From Coleofasciculus chthonoplastes F2-STO-03 (GTDB lineage: Bacteria; Cyanobacteriota; Cyanobacteriia; Cyanobacteriales; Coleofasciculaceae), in contig JAVJWO010000033.1 in NCBI GenBank assembly GCA_040222015.1, forward strand, positions 1 through 42,414: DNA of 42,414 nucleotides, in the 5' to 3' direction. The notes below the pieces were generated by a model. That model was not told the DNA's origin and did no database searches. It saw only the letters and a list, made by a program, of their open reading frames with translations. The first letter of the stretch is position 1, and each line of letters opens with the position of its first letter. Below are positions 28,569-38,250 of the stretch, one piece after another. The translations under genes were made by a program, and so were the position numbers.

Positions 28569-29987
28569 TCATTCAACCTCGCTTGTGCCAGGAGAACAAG
28601 CTACGTGACCCGTTTCAGCATTTGGGATGGCAGGATAAATACTACCTGGATTGTCTGCTTTACATAACATTAAAGATCTCTGATCTTCGTATCTGATGCC
28701 GTCAAAATATACCTCAAATACAAGTCCTACATAGCTTCTCAAGTTATCCTTGCGAGATATTGCATAATTGACGACTTGATGAGACAAAGGAGAACTCGAT
28801 GCTTTATTTTTTTCGCGTTTAAAGGAAACATGATCTGGCGGGTTATCTCGTATAGCTGCAAACATTGGACTATTAACGGGAAAAGGGCGAGTATAATAGG
28901 TATAATTTTCTGTTTCTGTTTTAATGCCAAGTCCTAACTTTTCAATCGAATCTGAAAATTTGCCATTTTCTAAATAATAGGCTTCCTGGTGGCGATACAT
29001 TGATGACAAGTATTGTCTTGCCTCAGCTTCGTTTGCTTTAATTTGTTGTTCATTTAAATAATTTTTTACGGGCAAATAAACACCAATTGAGCCAGCGACA
29101 ACGGCAATCAAAACCGCAAAAACACTCAAAACCGCTCCCAGACTAATCGACGGCTGACTCGTCGAAGCTTCAGGAGTAACCGCTGCTGTTAACGCCTCTA
29201 ACGCTTGACGAGCGCTACTAAATCGTTGTTCTGTGGCGGGGTCAATTAACTTTTCTAACCAGTAGCTAAATCGGGGATTCAGGTTAACTCTATCAGCAAA
29301 TTGTAAGCGTAAATTCTGCTGAGGTAAATCAGCCGGAGCTATCCCTGTCACTAAATGAATTAATGTCGCACCCAACGAATACAAATCAGACGCCGCAACT
29401 GCTCGTCCCCACAGTTGTTCGGGAGCCGCATAACCACTGGTTCCCACTACAGTAAATGTTGCCCCTTCTGCCTTGGCTCGGTCTTGTACTGCCCCAAAAT
29501 CGACTAAATAAACCTGTCCCTGCTCATCTACAATTAAGTTACTCGGCTTGATATCTCGATGCAGCACAGGTGGACTAAGTTCATGGAGATAGATGAGAAT
29601 CGTTAAAATATCTGTGGCAATCTTTTGGGCTTCAGCTTCACCAAAACTATGACCTTGATCTAACCGTTGGCGTAGGGATAAACCGGGAATATACTGTTGG
29701 ACTAATCCAAACCAGGGTAATTCGGATTCGGTTTCCTCAATGGAAAAGTAATCTCGATAGCGAGGAATTCTCGGATGGTTTAAATGTTGCAAAACTTGGG
29801 CTTCTCGCTCAAAGAGTTTGAACTCCTCCCACTGCATTTGGGGACTAAATGCCAAGAGTTTAACCACCACCAATTCCTGCGGTTGAGTTTCTAAGTCTTC
29901 AGCTAACCAGGTTTGACGCCCTGCATTTTGTCCTAACTGTTGTCTGAGTTGATACCGTCCGTTAAGTATCTGTTGGGGATTCAGCAT
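28569..29987 (-). CDS. Ser/Thr protein kinase with TM helix and C-terminal type IV pilin-like (Pilin_GH) domain
   Basis: HRDIKPSN, DFG, APE; TM helix; then EARQYLSSMYRHQEAYYLENGKF..LGLGI..ETENYTY..SYVG..C..C. Confidence 0.88.
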   Translation of the reverse strand: MLNPQQILNGRYQLRQQLGQNAGRQTWLAEDLETQPQELVVVKLLAFSPQMQWEEFKLFEREAQVLQHLNHPRIPRYRDYFSIEETESELPWFGLVQQYIPGLSLRQRLDQGHSFGEAEAQKIATDILTILIYLHELSPPVLHRDIKPSNLIVDEQGQVYLVDFGAVQDRAKAEGATFTVVGTSGYAAPEQLWGRAVAASDLYSLGATLIHLVTGIAPADLPQQNLRLQFADRVNLNPRFSYWLEKLIDPATEQRFSSARQALEALTAAVTPEASTSQPSISLGAVLSVFAVLIAVVAGSIGVYLPVKNYLNEQQIKANEAEARQYLSSMYRHQEAYYLENGKFSDSIEKLGLGIKTETENYTYYTRPFPVNSPMFAAIRDNPPDHVSFKREKNKASSSPLSHQVVNYAISRKDNLRSYVGLVFEVYFDGIRYEDQRSLMLCKADNPGSIYPAIPNAETGHVACSPGTSEVE

Positions 29988-29991
29988 AGTA

Positions 29992-31608
29992 TTATCCTTT
30001 ATAATTCAGCCAGTCTTTGATTTCCTGAACTAACCAGTCTCGTTCAGGTTCTGTCAAGTCTTGCGCCACCGTACAACGAGTTGATTCGGTTTGAATCAAG
30101 ATTTCTTGGAAGGGGATTGTTTTAATTGTTTCAATCTGGGAAATATCTAGAGTTTGAGCGTCATAACACAACCCTAACCAAAAGCGTTGGATATTCAATC
30201 TATCTCGTTTTAAGTCAAGGCGATGATGTCCAAAAAGGAAAAAACTGACTGGATTTGAGAGAGTTGCCAGTTTGGTAAACCCTCTGATAATCAGCCATGG
30301 GAATAAAACCGCGATCGCTAACCAAACAAAGAATGATGGATGACCCTGATTAAAGGTAGAAACTAGCGCCAAGAGTACACATCCAATTCCCGCAAGTCCC
30401 ACGGTTAAGCCAAACCCGAACCGGAAAATTAACGTAACGCCTAATTTTGCCAATTTCGGATGACCTCGTTCCGGTTCTAGCTGCTTCAGCACCCGGAATT
30501 CAATTGTCCCCAACCAACCCAGAAGAATCGTTAGCGCTAGCAGTACAAAGAATAATGGATTTCCTTGACTAAAGAATAGTTTCGAGTACCATAAAATCAC
30601 GACCTCGGCAATGGTTAATACGCCTAAAAACAAGGGAAAAGTTTTCCGCAAAATTCGCCCTAACCCTAATGTTATCGCCGTTGTTAATAACCCGCCGCGT
30701 GCGGGAAATTGAATCAGGAACTGCTGAGGAGACTTCTGAGAGCGAATCCGTGAATGTGCAGGCTGACGGGTAGCAGGTGGGGAACTCTGGCGAACTCGAT
30801 TAAATTTCAAGTCTTCTAACGCTTGACTTGCACTGCTATAGCGTGGCTCTAATTCAGGCTCCGTTAGGGTTTCAATCCAGTGAACCAAGGTAGAATTGAG
30901 GCTGGTGTAATGGCTAAATTGAACCCGCATTTGACGTTGGGGTAAATCAGCCGGAGCAACACCTGTGGCAAGATGAATTAAGGTGGCTCCCAAAGCGTAT
31001 AAATCAGACGCGGGGACAGCTTTACCCCAAAACTGTTCTAACGGAGCATAACCTGTCGTGCCAACCACTGTAAACGTTACCCCTTCAACCGCCGTCTGAT
31101 CTTGCACCGCACCAAAATCGACGAGATACACCTGTTCATCTTCTCCCCAAATCAGGTTACTGGGTTTAATATCCCGATGGAGAACAGGTGGATTCAAAGC
31201 GTGCAAATAACCGAGAATTTCCAGAACTTCTGTCGCAATCTGGCGTACTTGAGCTTCTGTAAAGCGCTTTCCTTGGTCTAGCCATTGTTGCAAAGAAGCA
31301 CCGGGAATATAATCTTGGACGAGACCAAACCACGGTAAGCCGCCTCCTGATTGCTTATCCAGGGAAAAATAGTCTCGATACCGGGGAATCCGAGGATGCT
31401 GTAACTGCTGGAGAACTTGAGCTTCGCGTTCAAAGAGTTTCAAGTCTTCCCACTGCATCTGAGGATTAAAGGCGAGGAGTTTGAGAATTACTGGCTGGCT
31501 GGGTTGCGCCGAGAGATCCATCGCCAACCAGGTTTGACGACTCGCATTCTGACCCAGCTTTTGTTGAAGCTGATAGCGCTGATGCACTACATCTGGGAGT
31601 TGTAGCAT
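29992..31608 (-). CDS. Ser/Thr protein kinase with multi-TM C-terminus
   Basis: HRDIKPSN, DFG, GYAPLEQ; several hydrophobic helices. ATG 31608 has a GAGG RBS. Confidence 0.9.
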   Translation of the reverse strand: MLQLPDVVHQRYQLQQKLGQNASRQTWLAMDLSAQPSQPVILKLLAFNPQMQWEDLKLFEREAQVLQQLQHPRIPRYRDYFSLDKQSGGGLPWFGLVQDYIPGASLQQWLDQGKRFTEAQVRQIATEVLEILGYLHALNPPVLHRDIKPSNLIWGEDEQVYLVDFGAVQDQTAVEGVTFTVVGTTGYAPLEQFWGKAVPASDLYALGATLIHLATGVAPADLPQRQMRVQFSHYTSLNSTLVHWIETLTEPELEPRYSSASQALEDLKFNRVRQSSPPATRQPAHSRIRSQKSPQQFLIQFPARGGLLTTAITLGLGRILRKTFPLFLGVLTIAEVVILWYSKLFFSQGNPLFFVLLALTILLGWLGTIEFRVLKQLEPERGHPKLAKLGVTLIFRFGFGLTVGLAGIGCVLLALVSTFNQGHPSFFVWLAIAVLFPWLIIRGFTKLATLSNPVSFFLFGHHRLDLKRDRLNIQRFWLGLCYDAQTLDISQIETIKTIPFQEILIQTESTRCTVAQDLTEPERDWLVQEIKDWLNYKG

Positions 31609-31812
31609 CCTCACACCTCGGTTAAGATGAGTGCCACTGACTGGTATGCTGGTGGGCAATGCCCACCCTACAATATATCAACGGTTTCGACGATTTCCTA
31701 GTGCAAATTTTCAGTGCCATTCCAGTTAAGATGACAGCTTTCTCTCTAAGGTAACTTAAGAAACTCCGCTATAGTGAGTAGTTACTGGTTATTGGACAAT
31801 GAACAATCAACC

Positions 31813-34683
31813 ATGAACAACCGATTACAGTGGTGGAAAACGGGGAACCGCAAATATTTAGGTATTCTGGGGCTAATTTGGCTAGCCAGCGCGTTGTGCG
31901 ATCGCCTGTGGTTTGCGCTTGATAATTCTGTCCCTGGTTGGGATCAGGCGGATTACTTGACAGGTTCGTTAAATTATTGGCAAGCGTTGCAACATCCTGA
32001 GTGGTTCTCTGGGGAATGGTGGACGAATTTATGGCAACTTTCCTCTAAAATACCGCCTTTTACTTATATCGCTACCGCTATTATTCAACATATTGTTGGT
32101 CGGGGAACGGATCAAGCTACGCTGGTTCTTTTACTCTTTCATGCTATTCTTATCGGTTCAGTTTATGGCTTAGGTGTTCAACTTTTCAATCGTCGGGTTG
32201 GATTATGGGCGGCTGGATTAACGGTGCTTTTACCGGGACTCTATCGCTATCGTTTAGAATTCCTGCTGGATTATCCGCTGACGGCGGTTGTTACACTTAG
32301 TTTCTTCTGTCTCACGGTTTGGCGAAATCAACGGTTAACCTCGGTCATTGCTAAGTCACCATCCAATCACCAATTAGCAATAAGAAAAGAAAATAAAGCA
32401 TCATATCCTTTAATTTCTGCCTTAAAAAGGGGAACGATTCAATCCCTAGTCTGGGCAATAATTTTCGGCGTATCCCTAGGATTAGCGTTAATGGTAAAGC
32501 AAACGGCGCTATTCTTTCTATTTATACCGATTATCTGGGTTATCGCGGGGACGATTCGACGGCGAGATTGGGCAGGTTTGGTTCAGTTAATCGTGGGATT
32601 GTTGGTATCTTGGTTTATATTTTATCCCTGGTATCGCACTAACTGGCTACTCATTTTAACCTCTGGGAAACGAGCTACGTTAGATTCCGCGATCGCAGAG
32701 GGTGATCCAGCGCTGAATACGTTAGACGCTTGGCTGTATTATGGGAAGATTTTACCCTATTTGGTGTCGTGGGTTCTGTTGCTTGTCCCGATTGTGGGTT
32801 TGATTCTTTATTGGCGGAAAAAAGAGAGGGTTTGGGGTGGGGAAGGGGAGGATGTTTTTTCAACGCAGAGGGGCGCAGAGGTTAACGCAGAGGGGCGCAG
32901 AGGGTTTCAGAAAAGATATGGGTTGGGTAGGTTAGGTTGGTCTTTCGGTTGGCTTGCTGTGTTTGTGGTCGGGGGGTATTTCTTGTGTTCTCTGAATGTG
33001 AATAAGGATGCTCGTTATATTTTGCCATTGTTGCCTGTGTTTTCGTTAGTTTTAGCATCGGGTTTGGTTTTATGGCAAGGTGGTTGGGGTAAGTCTGTTC
33101 GCTGGGGTACGGTGGGGTTGGCGTCTGTGTTAATGGTGCTGAATTTGTTTCCTTTGGGCGGTGCTTTTTTAACTGAAGTTCTTGCGCCGCGTGTTCAACA
33201 TTTTCCTTATTTGGGACAACCTGTTCCTCTGGCTCAGGTGATTGATGAAATTATCCAAACTTCTCCGAATTTACAGATAACTTTAGGTGTATTACCGTCA
33301 ACTCCGGAAATTAATCAGCACAATTTAAATTATTATGGGGCGTTGCGGGATTTTCAGGTGTATGGGCGTCAGGTAGGGGTACGAGAGAAACAGATTGAAC
33401 AGGATGCGCGATCGCTCTCTTGGTTTGTGACGAAAACGGGTGATCAAGGATCTGTCCCTGAAGCGCAAGCGGCTATTGTGGAAAAGGTTGAAAAAGGGGG
33501 AGAGTTTCAACTCCAGAAGACTTGGAATTTACCTGATGGTAGTCTGCTCAAGCTTTATCACCGACATCAGCCATTTTTTGAGGTCACAACAGTCAACAGT
33601 AAACAGTCAATTGTAGGGGCGGATTTAAACCCAATTGTAGGGACAGATTTAAACCCAATTGTAGGGGCGGGTTTAGGAACTCAATTCAGATACTCACCAA
33701 TAAATGAACAACGAAACCCGCCCTCTTCACCAATAAATGAACAACAAAACCCGTCCTTATTCAACAGCCTACCGTTAAGCGTAGTCGAAGGGTTAAATAA
33801 AATTAAATTAAATCGGGTGATTGTCCCAGAGACAGCCCCTCCTGGTTTCCCTACACCTGTTACCTATGAATGGGCTGGGGATTGGCAACCGTTACAATCG
33901 GGAATTGTGTTATTAACCTGGCATTCGCTGGAAGGAGGATATCAATATCAATGGTTACACGATCATGGTATTGCCATGGGAAACTTGTTTCCGAAGTCAA
34001 CAAACAACCGTCAGCTATCAACCGTAACCAATCAATCGCCTAAATACCAGGTTATTGAACGAATGGCGATGTTACCTCCAGCAGATATCCCAGCCGGAAC
34101 GCATACATTAAAAGCCACCTATTTGAATCGAGAAACAGGGGAAACCTATCCGATATCAGTACCACCTGTGAGGATAAAGATTGCTCCAAAAGCACCTGCA
34201 ACACCTGCACCGGAATTAGACTTAATCACCCAATTTCGGACATTAGCCGCGACTTTGCCCAATGGTTCTGATTCCCTGGAGGCTATCTTTGAACAAACGG
34301 GGCGAATTAATCAGTATGACCCCATCCAAGATTATCTAGTGCAGGCAGATTTGGCGTTGACTCATCGGTTAAAGTTAGAACCAAAAAGGTTAGACTGGGC
34401 TTATGCCCTAGCGTTATCTAGGGTTTTACAAGTAGACTCTCAGAGTGCGATCGCGGCGTTAAAGCGGGTCGTCCAGCTTGATCCGCAAAATCCTTATGCT
34501 CATGCTTATCTTGCCTTCGTTTATTTATATGAATGGCGAGGTCAAGATGCCCAAAATGCGCTCAAGCCTGCCTTAAGTCTCAACCCAAATCTGCCAGAAG
34601 TTCAAGCCCTTTCTGGTGGTGCTGCCCTAATGCAAGGAAATTTAGTCAAAACCTGGTATTTTATTGAAAAATTGAGAAATTAG
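31813..34683 (+). CDS. GT39/ArnT-like phospholipid-carrier-dependent glycosyltransferase with C-terminal TPR
   Basis: WDQADY, KIPP, LDYPL, LALMVKQ, NKDARY, many TM helices and a TPR-like tail. Contains repeat-derived in-frame inserts. Confidence 0.88.
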   Translation: MNNRLQWWKTGNRKYLGILGLIWLASALCDRLWFALDNSVPGWDQADYLTGSLNYWQALQHPEWFSGEWWTNLWQLSSKIPPFTYIATAIIQHIVGRGTDQATLVLLLFHAILIGSVYGLGVQLFNRRVGLWAAGLTVLLPGLYRYRLEFLLDYPLTAVVTLSFFCLTVWRNQRLTSVIAKSPSNHQLAIRKENKASYPLISALKRGTIQSLVWAIIFGVSLGLALMVKQTALFFLFIPIIWVIAGTIRRRDWAGLVQLIVGLLVSWFIFYPWYRTNWLLILTSGKRATLDSAIAEGDPALNTLDAWLYYGKILPYLVSWVLLLVPIVGLILYWRKKERVWGGEGEDVFSTQRGAEVNAEGRRGFQKRYGLGRLGWSFGWLAVFVVGGYFLCSLNVNKDARYILPLLPVFSLVLASGLVLWQGGWGKSVRWGTVGLASVLMVLNLFPLGGAFLTEVLAPRVQHFPYLGQPVPLAQVIDEIIQTSPNLQITLGVLPSTPEINQHNLNYYGALRDFQVYGRQVGVREKQIEQDARSLSWFVTKTGDQGSVPEAQAAIVEKVEKGGEFQLQKTWNLPDGSLLKLYHRHQPFFEVTTVNSKQSIVGADLNPIVGTDLNPIVGAGLGTQFRYSPINEQRNPPSSPINEQQNPSLFNSLPLSVVEGLNKIKLNRVIVPETAPPGFPTPVTYEWAGDWQPLQSGIVLLTWHSLEGGYQYQWLHDHGIAMGNLFPKSTNNRQLSTVTNQSPKYQVIERMAMLPPADIPAGTHTLKATYLNRETGETYPISVPPVRIKIAPKAPATPAPELDLITQFRTLAATLPNGSDSLEAIFEQTGRINQYDPIQDYLVQADLALTHRLKLEPKRLDWAYALALSRVLQVDSQSAIAALKRVVQLDPQNPYAHAYLAFVYLYEWRGQDAQNALKPALSLNPNLPEVQALSGGAALMQGNLVKTWYFIEKLRN
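32862..32903 (+). repeat. Solo 4 x CGCAGAGG array, in frame within the glycosyltransferase
   Basis: Units start at 32864, 32874, 32886 and 32896; translated as TQRGAEVNAEGRRG. Confidence 0.95.
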
Positions 34684-34705
34684 TCCTGACTGAAACACGG
34701 GGGAA

Positions 34706-34770
34706 GGGCGGGTTTCGCACAAACGTTATTATCAAAATCTGGCACGACATTCCCTAAACCCGCCCCTACA
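34706..34770. repeat. GTAG-type REP-like element between convergent genes
   Basis: GGGCGGGTTT..AAACCCGCCCCTACA. Confidence 0.7.
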
Positions 34771-34820
34771 TAAAACCAGGTTCCCTCTAAGGTTGTGAAG
34801 GATAAAAATTCATAACTATT

Positions 34821-35450
34821 TCATCTAATTCGTTCGTAATAACCTAGATAAATCAATTCCAACTTCCCCCCATACTCTTGAATCAGGGCGAGTTGACGGC
34901 GATATAATCCGCGAAAGGTGTTAGCAAAGATCAGAGTAGCGATCGCGACACTCAAACCAGCGACGGTGGAAATTAAGGCTTCACTAATCCCGCCTGTCAC
35001 ACCTACCGTGGTTTGACCACCAATATCCCCAATCCGTAAAGCGGCAAAAGCGTCAATTAAGCCTAAAATTGTTCCTAAAAGTCCCAGTAGAGGTGAGACA
35101 CTAATGATAGTCTCAAATGCTGTGTTGAACCGCTTGAGAATCGGTAACTCCCCTTGCAGTGCGCTTTCGAGGGCGAGTCGAAATTGTTCGGGAGTGGGAC
35201 GTTTGAGTTCCAACGCTGCTAGAAAAATTCGGGCGATCGGCAGATCACTGTTTTGTTCTAGCTTAAGAAAAGCTTCGGGGGGATTTTGTTGGTAGAGGTG
35301 CAGCACCTCTCGCATTAGACGATTCTGGCGCTGAGTGACTCGCCGCCAAAAATTGATCCGCTCTAAAATTAGCGCGATCGCGACAATAGAAAGCACTAAC
35401 AGGGGCAACATGACTACCCCACCCAAGGAAAAAAAGGCGTTTAATGACAT
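34821..35450 (-). CDS. exbB: MotA/TolQ/ExbB proton channel family protein
   Basis: GGVVMLPLL, SPLLGLLGTILGLI, GISEALISTVAGL. ATG 35450 is the preferred start. Confidence 0.88.
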   Translation of the reverse strand: MSLNAFFSLGGVVMLPLLVLSIVAIALILERINFWRRVTQRQNRLMREVLHLYQQNPPEAFLKLEQNSDLPIARIFLAALELKRPTPEQFRLALESALQGELPILKRFNTAFETIISVSPLLGLLGTILGLIDAFAALRIGDIGGQTTVGVTGGISEALISTVAGLSVAIATLIFANTFRGLYRRQLALIQEYGGKLELIYLGYYERIR

Positions 35451-35465
35451 GCAGGTGCTCAATTG

Positions 35466-35611
35466 TTGACATCCTCCCCCGCGCCGCGTGTAGCTTGCTT
35501 CCCGCAGGGTACGCACGGGGTTTCCCTACCAGTCGAACAACGACAGTTGAACGTACTCAAGGGGGGGTTGACGGCTCAACACGCACTGCCTCAGATGAGG
35601 TCTTACACTGG
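35466..35611 (-). mobile_element. IS605-type right-end / TnpB omegaRNA remnant (no tnpB)
   Basis: Minus strand reads CAGTGTAAGACC..GGCAGTG.., encodes EYVQLSLFD, has a subterminal hairpin interrupted by a short insert, and ends GGGGAGGATGTCAA. Confidence 0.7.
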
Positions 35612-35707
35612 GGAGGAGGGAATAGGTGATTGGGCAAATTTTTGTTGCCTTGTTGTTCACCCCACACCCCATACCCTACACCCTACACCCCTGTTTCCCC
35701 TGAATGG

Positions 35708-36502
35708 CTAAGGAGTATTGGGGATGCGATCAATTTGAGCGTAACCACTGAATATCAGCTGTTGTCCTTGGGTTTCTAGGCGATTGATTCGCATCGTCAC
35801 GCCATCAAGATTGAAGCGATCCAGATCCACCATATTATTCAAAATCTTATCTAGGGCATCCGTCAAGGCTTCAGAGGTGTCTCGCATTTCCTCTGGAATC
35901 GTATCCGGTTCAAATTTCGAGTCTTTGAAGAGAATCCGCCGCCGTCGTTCCACAGCCAAAGTCGAAGTCATGCTAATCGGAACTAACTCCTGATCAGGAA
36001 GATAGACTTTAGCAAAAAGCTGAATCCGGTTATTGGGAAGTAGCTTGAGTTGCACATCGGTAAAGGAAATTGGCTTACCCCCAGTGAGATCCTCCAATTC
36101 GGGAATGGAAATATTTTCTAAACGCTTTCTCACCAGTTCGGCTTTAAACGACTGATTGATATCGGGTTCTGTCAATACAACTTGGGCGATCGCTTGGGTG
36201 GGTTGCTTCAGGTGAATTTGACCCTTAAGAACAGAACTGAAGTCCAAGGACACAGCGTCTGTTTCAAAGGACATCTCCTCCGTCCGAAACTCTCTCCGGA
36301 TCACCAAGCCTCGCCCCTGCATCTTAAAGCTGTCAATGCTACCCTGCAACAGTTTACTGGAGGGATTGCAGCGCACCGAAACCTCGACAGACTCACTGCG
36401 AGTAAAGAGGTGGCGAATCGTATTGCTGGCGACGGTATTGAGCATCCGTTCGCCCCAATCAGTACCAGACGTGTTGGTTAAACCGGCAAAGCCACCGAGC
36501 AT
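35708..36502 (-). CDS. DUF2993 (LmeA-like) protein
   Basis: DWGERML.., LLQGSIDSFKMQGRGL, VVLTEPDINQ. Confidence 0.82.
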   Translation of the reverse strand: MLGGFAGLTNTSGTDWGERMLNTVASNTIRHLFTRSESVEVSVRCNPSSKLLQGSIDSFKMQGRGLVIRREFRTEEMSFETDAVSLDFSSVLKGQIHLKQPTQAIAQVVLTEPDINQSFKAELVRKRLENISIPELEDLTGGKPISFTDVQLKLLPNNRIQLFAKVYLPDQELVPISMTSTLAVERRRRILFKDSKFEPDTIPEEMRDTSEALTDALDKILNNMVDLDRFNLDGVTMRINRLETQGQQLIFSGYAQIDRIPNTP

Positions 36503-36834
36503 AGTAGTCCTGTTATCCACGCGAGTTGTCTCTTTACATTTGTAACAAAATGTGAAGACTTCAGCAATCTCACGTTGGGAATATTGATGGATATCCTGAA
36601 TTAGTAATTAGCATAGACCTAGGGTTGACTTGGGGTCTAGCTATGGGAATAGAATTTCTGAAGTGAATGATTAGTTTTGGTAAAGGTGAGAGAAGGGAAC
36701 AGGGAACACCTCGACTTCGCTCGGTGTGTCACAGGGAACGGTTTTCGTAACTTCTACCCCTAAACTCTACCATGGAATCTGATCAATTATTTTCAAAGTT
36801 TAGTCCAAGACGGTCAAAGGATTAGGAGGGGAGT

Positions 36835-37245
36835 ATGTCCATCCGGGTATTTGTTTACGGGACTCTCAAACCTGGGGAAGTCAATTATCAACGCTACTGT
36901 GAAGGAAAAGTGATAGCCGCCCAACCTGCGATCGCGTTGGGTCAACTGTTCGATTTGCCCATCGGCTATCCAGCGATGATCCCTGGTAATAATCAGGTGC
37001 GGGGATTTTTACTGACGTTCACCGAGCCAACCCTTTTAACTGTCTTGGATAAGCTAGAAGACTACAATCCGCAGCGAAACCCAGAGGACAATGAATACTA
37101 CCGACAACAAGTAACTATTTATGATCTGGCAAACCAATCGTTAGGAGAGGCTTGGATTTATCTAATGCAACCTGAGCGAGTACAGCGTTTAGGGGGTAAA
37201 CTCATTTCTTCCGGTTGGTGGAGTCCGATGAAATCTGAATTATAA
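36835..37245 (+). CDS. Gamma-glutamylcyclotransferase (AIG2-like)
   Basis: VFVYGTLKPG, GYPAM, LDKLED, AWIY. Confidence 0.92.
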   Translation: MSIRVFVYGTLKPGEVNYQRYCEGKVIAAQPAIALGQLFDLPIGYPAMIPGNNQVRGFLLTFTEPTLLTVLDKLEDYNPQRNPEDNEYYRQQVTIYDLANQSLGEAWIYLMQPERVQRLGGKLISSGWWSPMKSEL

Positions 37246-37318
37246 ATACCCCATCTGAAAGGAAATGGGGCATTGAATAGAGAGATATTTTTTTGTTTTC
37301 TTGCCAGCGACAGGATTT

Positions 37319-37840
37319 TTAGGGGTTGAAGATGGCAGAATCAATAAAATTTTCCGGCGAGGCACTTTTAGCCTTGGGGATTTGGATAACTGGACGGTTG
37401 ACAGCAATCATCAGAGGCTCCGCCGCCTCTTCTGTTACAGGATTTTGAGCCAACCGTGGCATAAACTGACTACCAGGGAGTATCCCAGAAAAGGCACTGA
37501 CAAACATCGCGGCGATCGCGGCACCCCCCCAAACCATGGTGTTCCGTAGGCGGCGGCGATTGATGCGGGTAAAAACTTGATTTGCCGTCTCTTGAGCGGT
37601 TACCTGAGTGGCAGGTATGGGGAGCTGATGCAACCCTTGGCGCAGCTTCATCAGTCGAGTATACAAGCGCTGGCTATTAGCATCGTTTGCTAACCAATCT
37701 TGCACTTGATAGCGCTCGGCTGCTGTCACCTCACCATCAATGTAGGCACTGATAAGTTCAAAGCGATCGCGCTGTAGACTATCCATGTCTCTGGCAGCTT
37801 TTTGCCCGGAACAGTTATGAGCATCAAAATTAGAGTTCAT
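37319..37840 (-). CDS. Membrane-bound anti-sigma factor cognate to SigG
   Basis: ELISAYIDGEVTAAER..VQDWL, one TM helix, downstream of the ECF sigma gene. Confidence 0.88.
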   Translation of the reverse strand: MNSNFDAHNCSGQKAARDMDSLQRDRFELISAYIDGEVTAAERYQVQDWLANDANSQRLYTRLMKLRQGLHQLPIPATQVTAQETANQVFTRINRRRLRNTMVWGGAAIAAMFVSAFSGILPGSQFMPRLAQNPVTEEAAEPLMIAVNRPVIQIPKAKSASPENFIDSAIFNP

Positions 37841-38250
37841 TTTAGATCACCACCGAGTCTTCACTAGCGCTCAATTATGGATCGTTATCGTTTGTGACAT
37901 CCTCCCACACTGACTCTATCCGAGAGAGCGTATGGACTTCCTTGGTCGTAATCTTATCAATTACGCTGTTGGCGTTTTATAGTGAGGAGATGCCCAGCCC
38001 CACTGTTAAACTGTATTGGCTGATCAGGTTTGACTTTTACCGTTAACGTGCCAGCTTTTGCAGCTTGACAAATAATTAATGGTTAAAAGTTGACCTTAGT
38101 CAGTGTAACGCAAGACTTGGGTGAACTACTACACCCTTCATCCCGTTGCCCTCAAGCGTTTGGGATTACTTCACCCAAGACGTTATATATCCCATGATAG
38201 AATGAACTTTGGTTTAGGGAAATAATTTCCCCCTTCTGATCCAGAGACCA

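Noticed and set aside
35460..35620. Cobalamin riboswitch upstream of exbB
   Set aside because: No convincing B12-box; the motifs fit an IS605 right end better.
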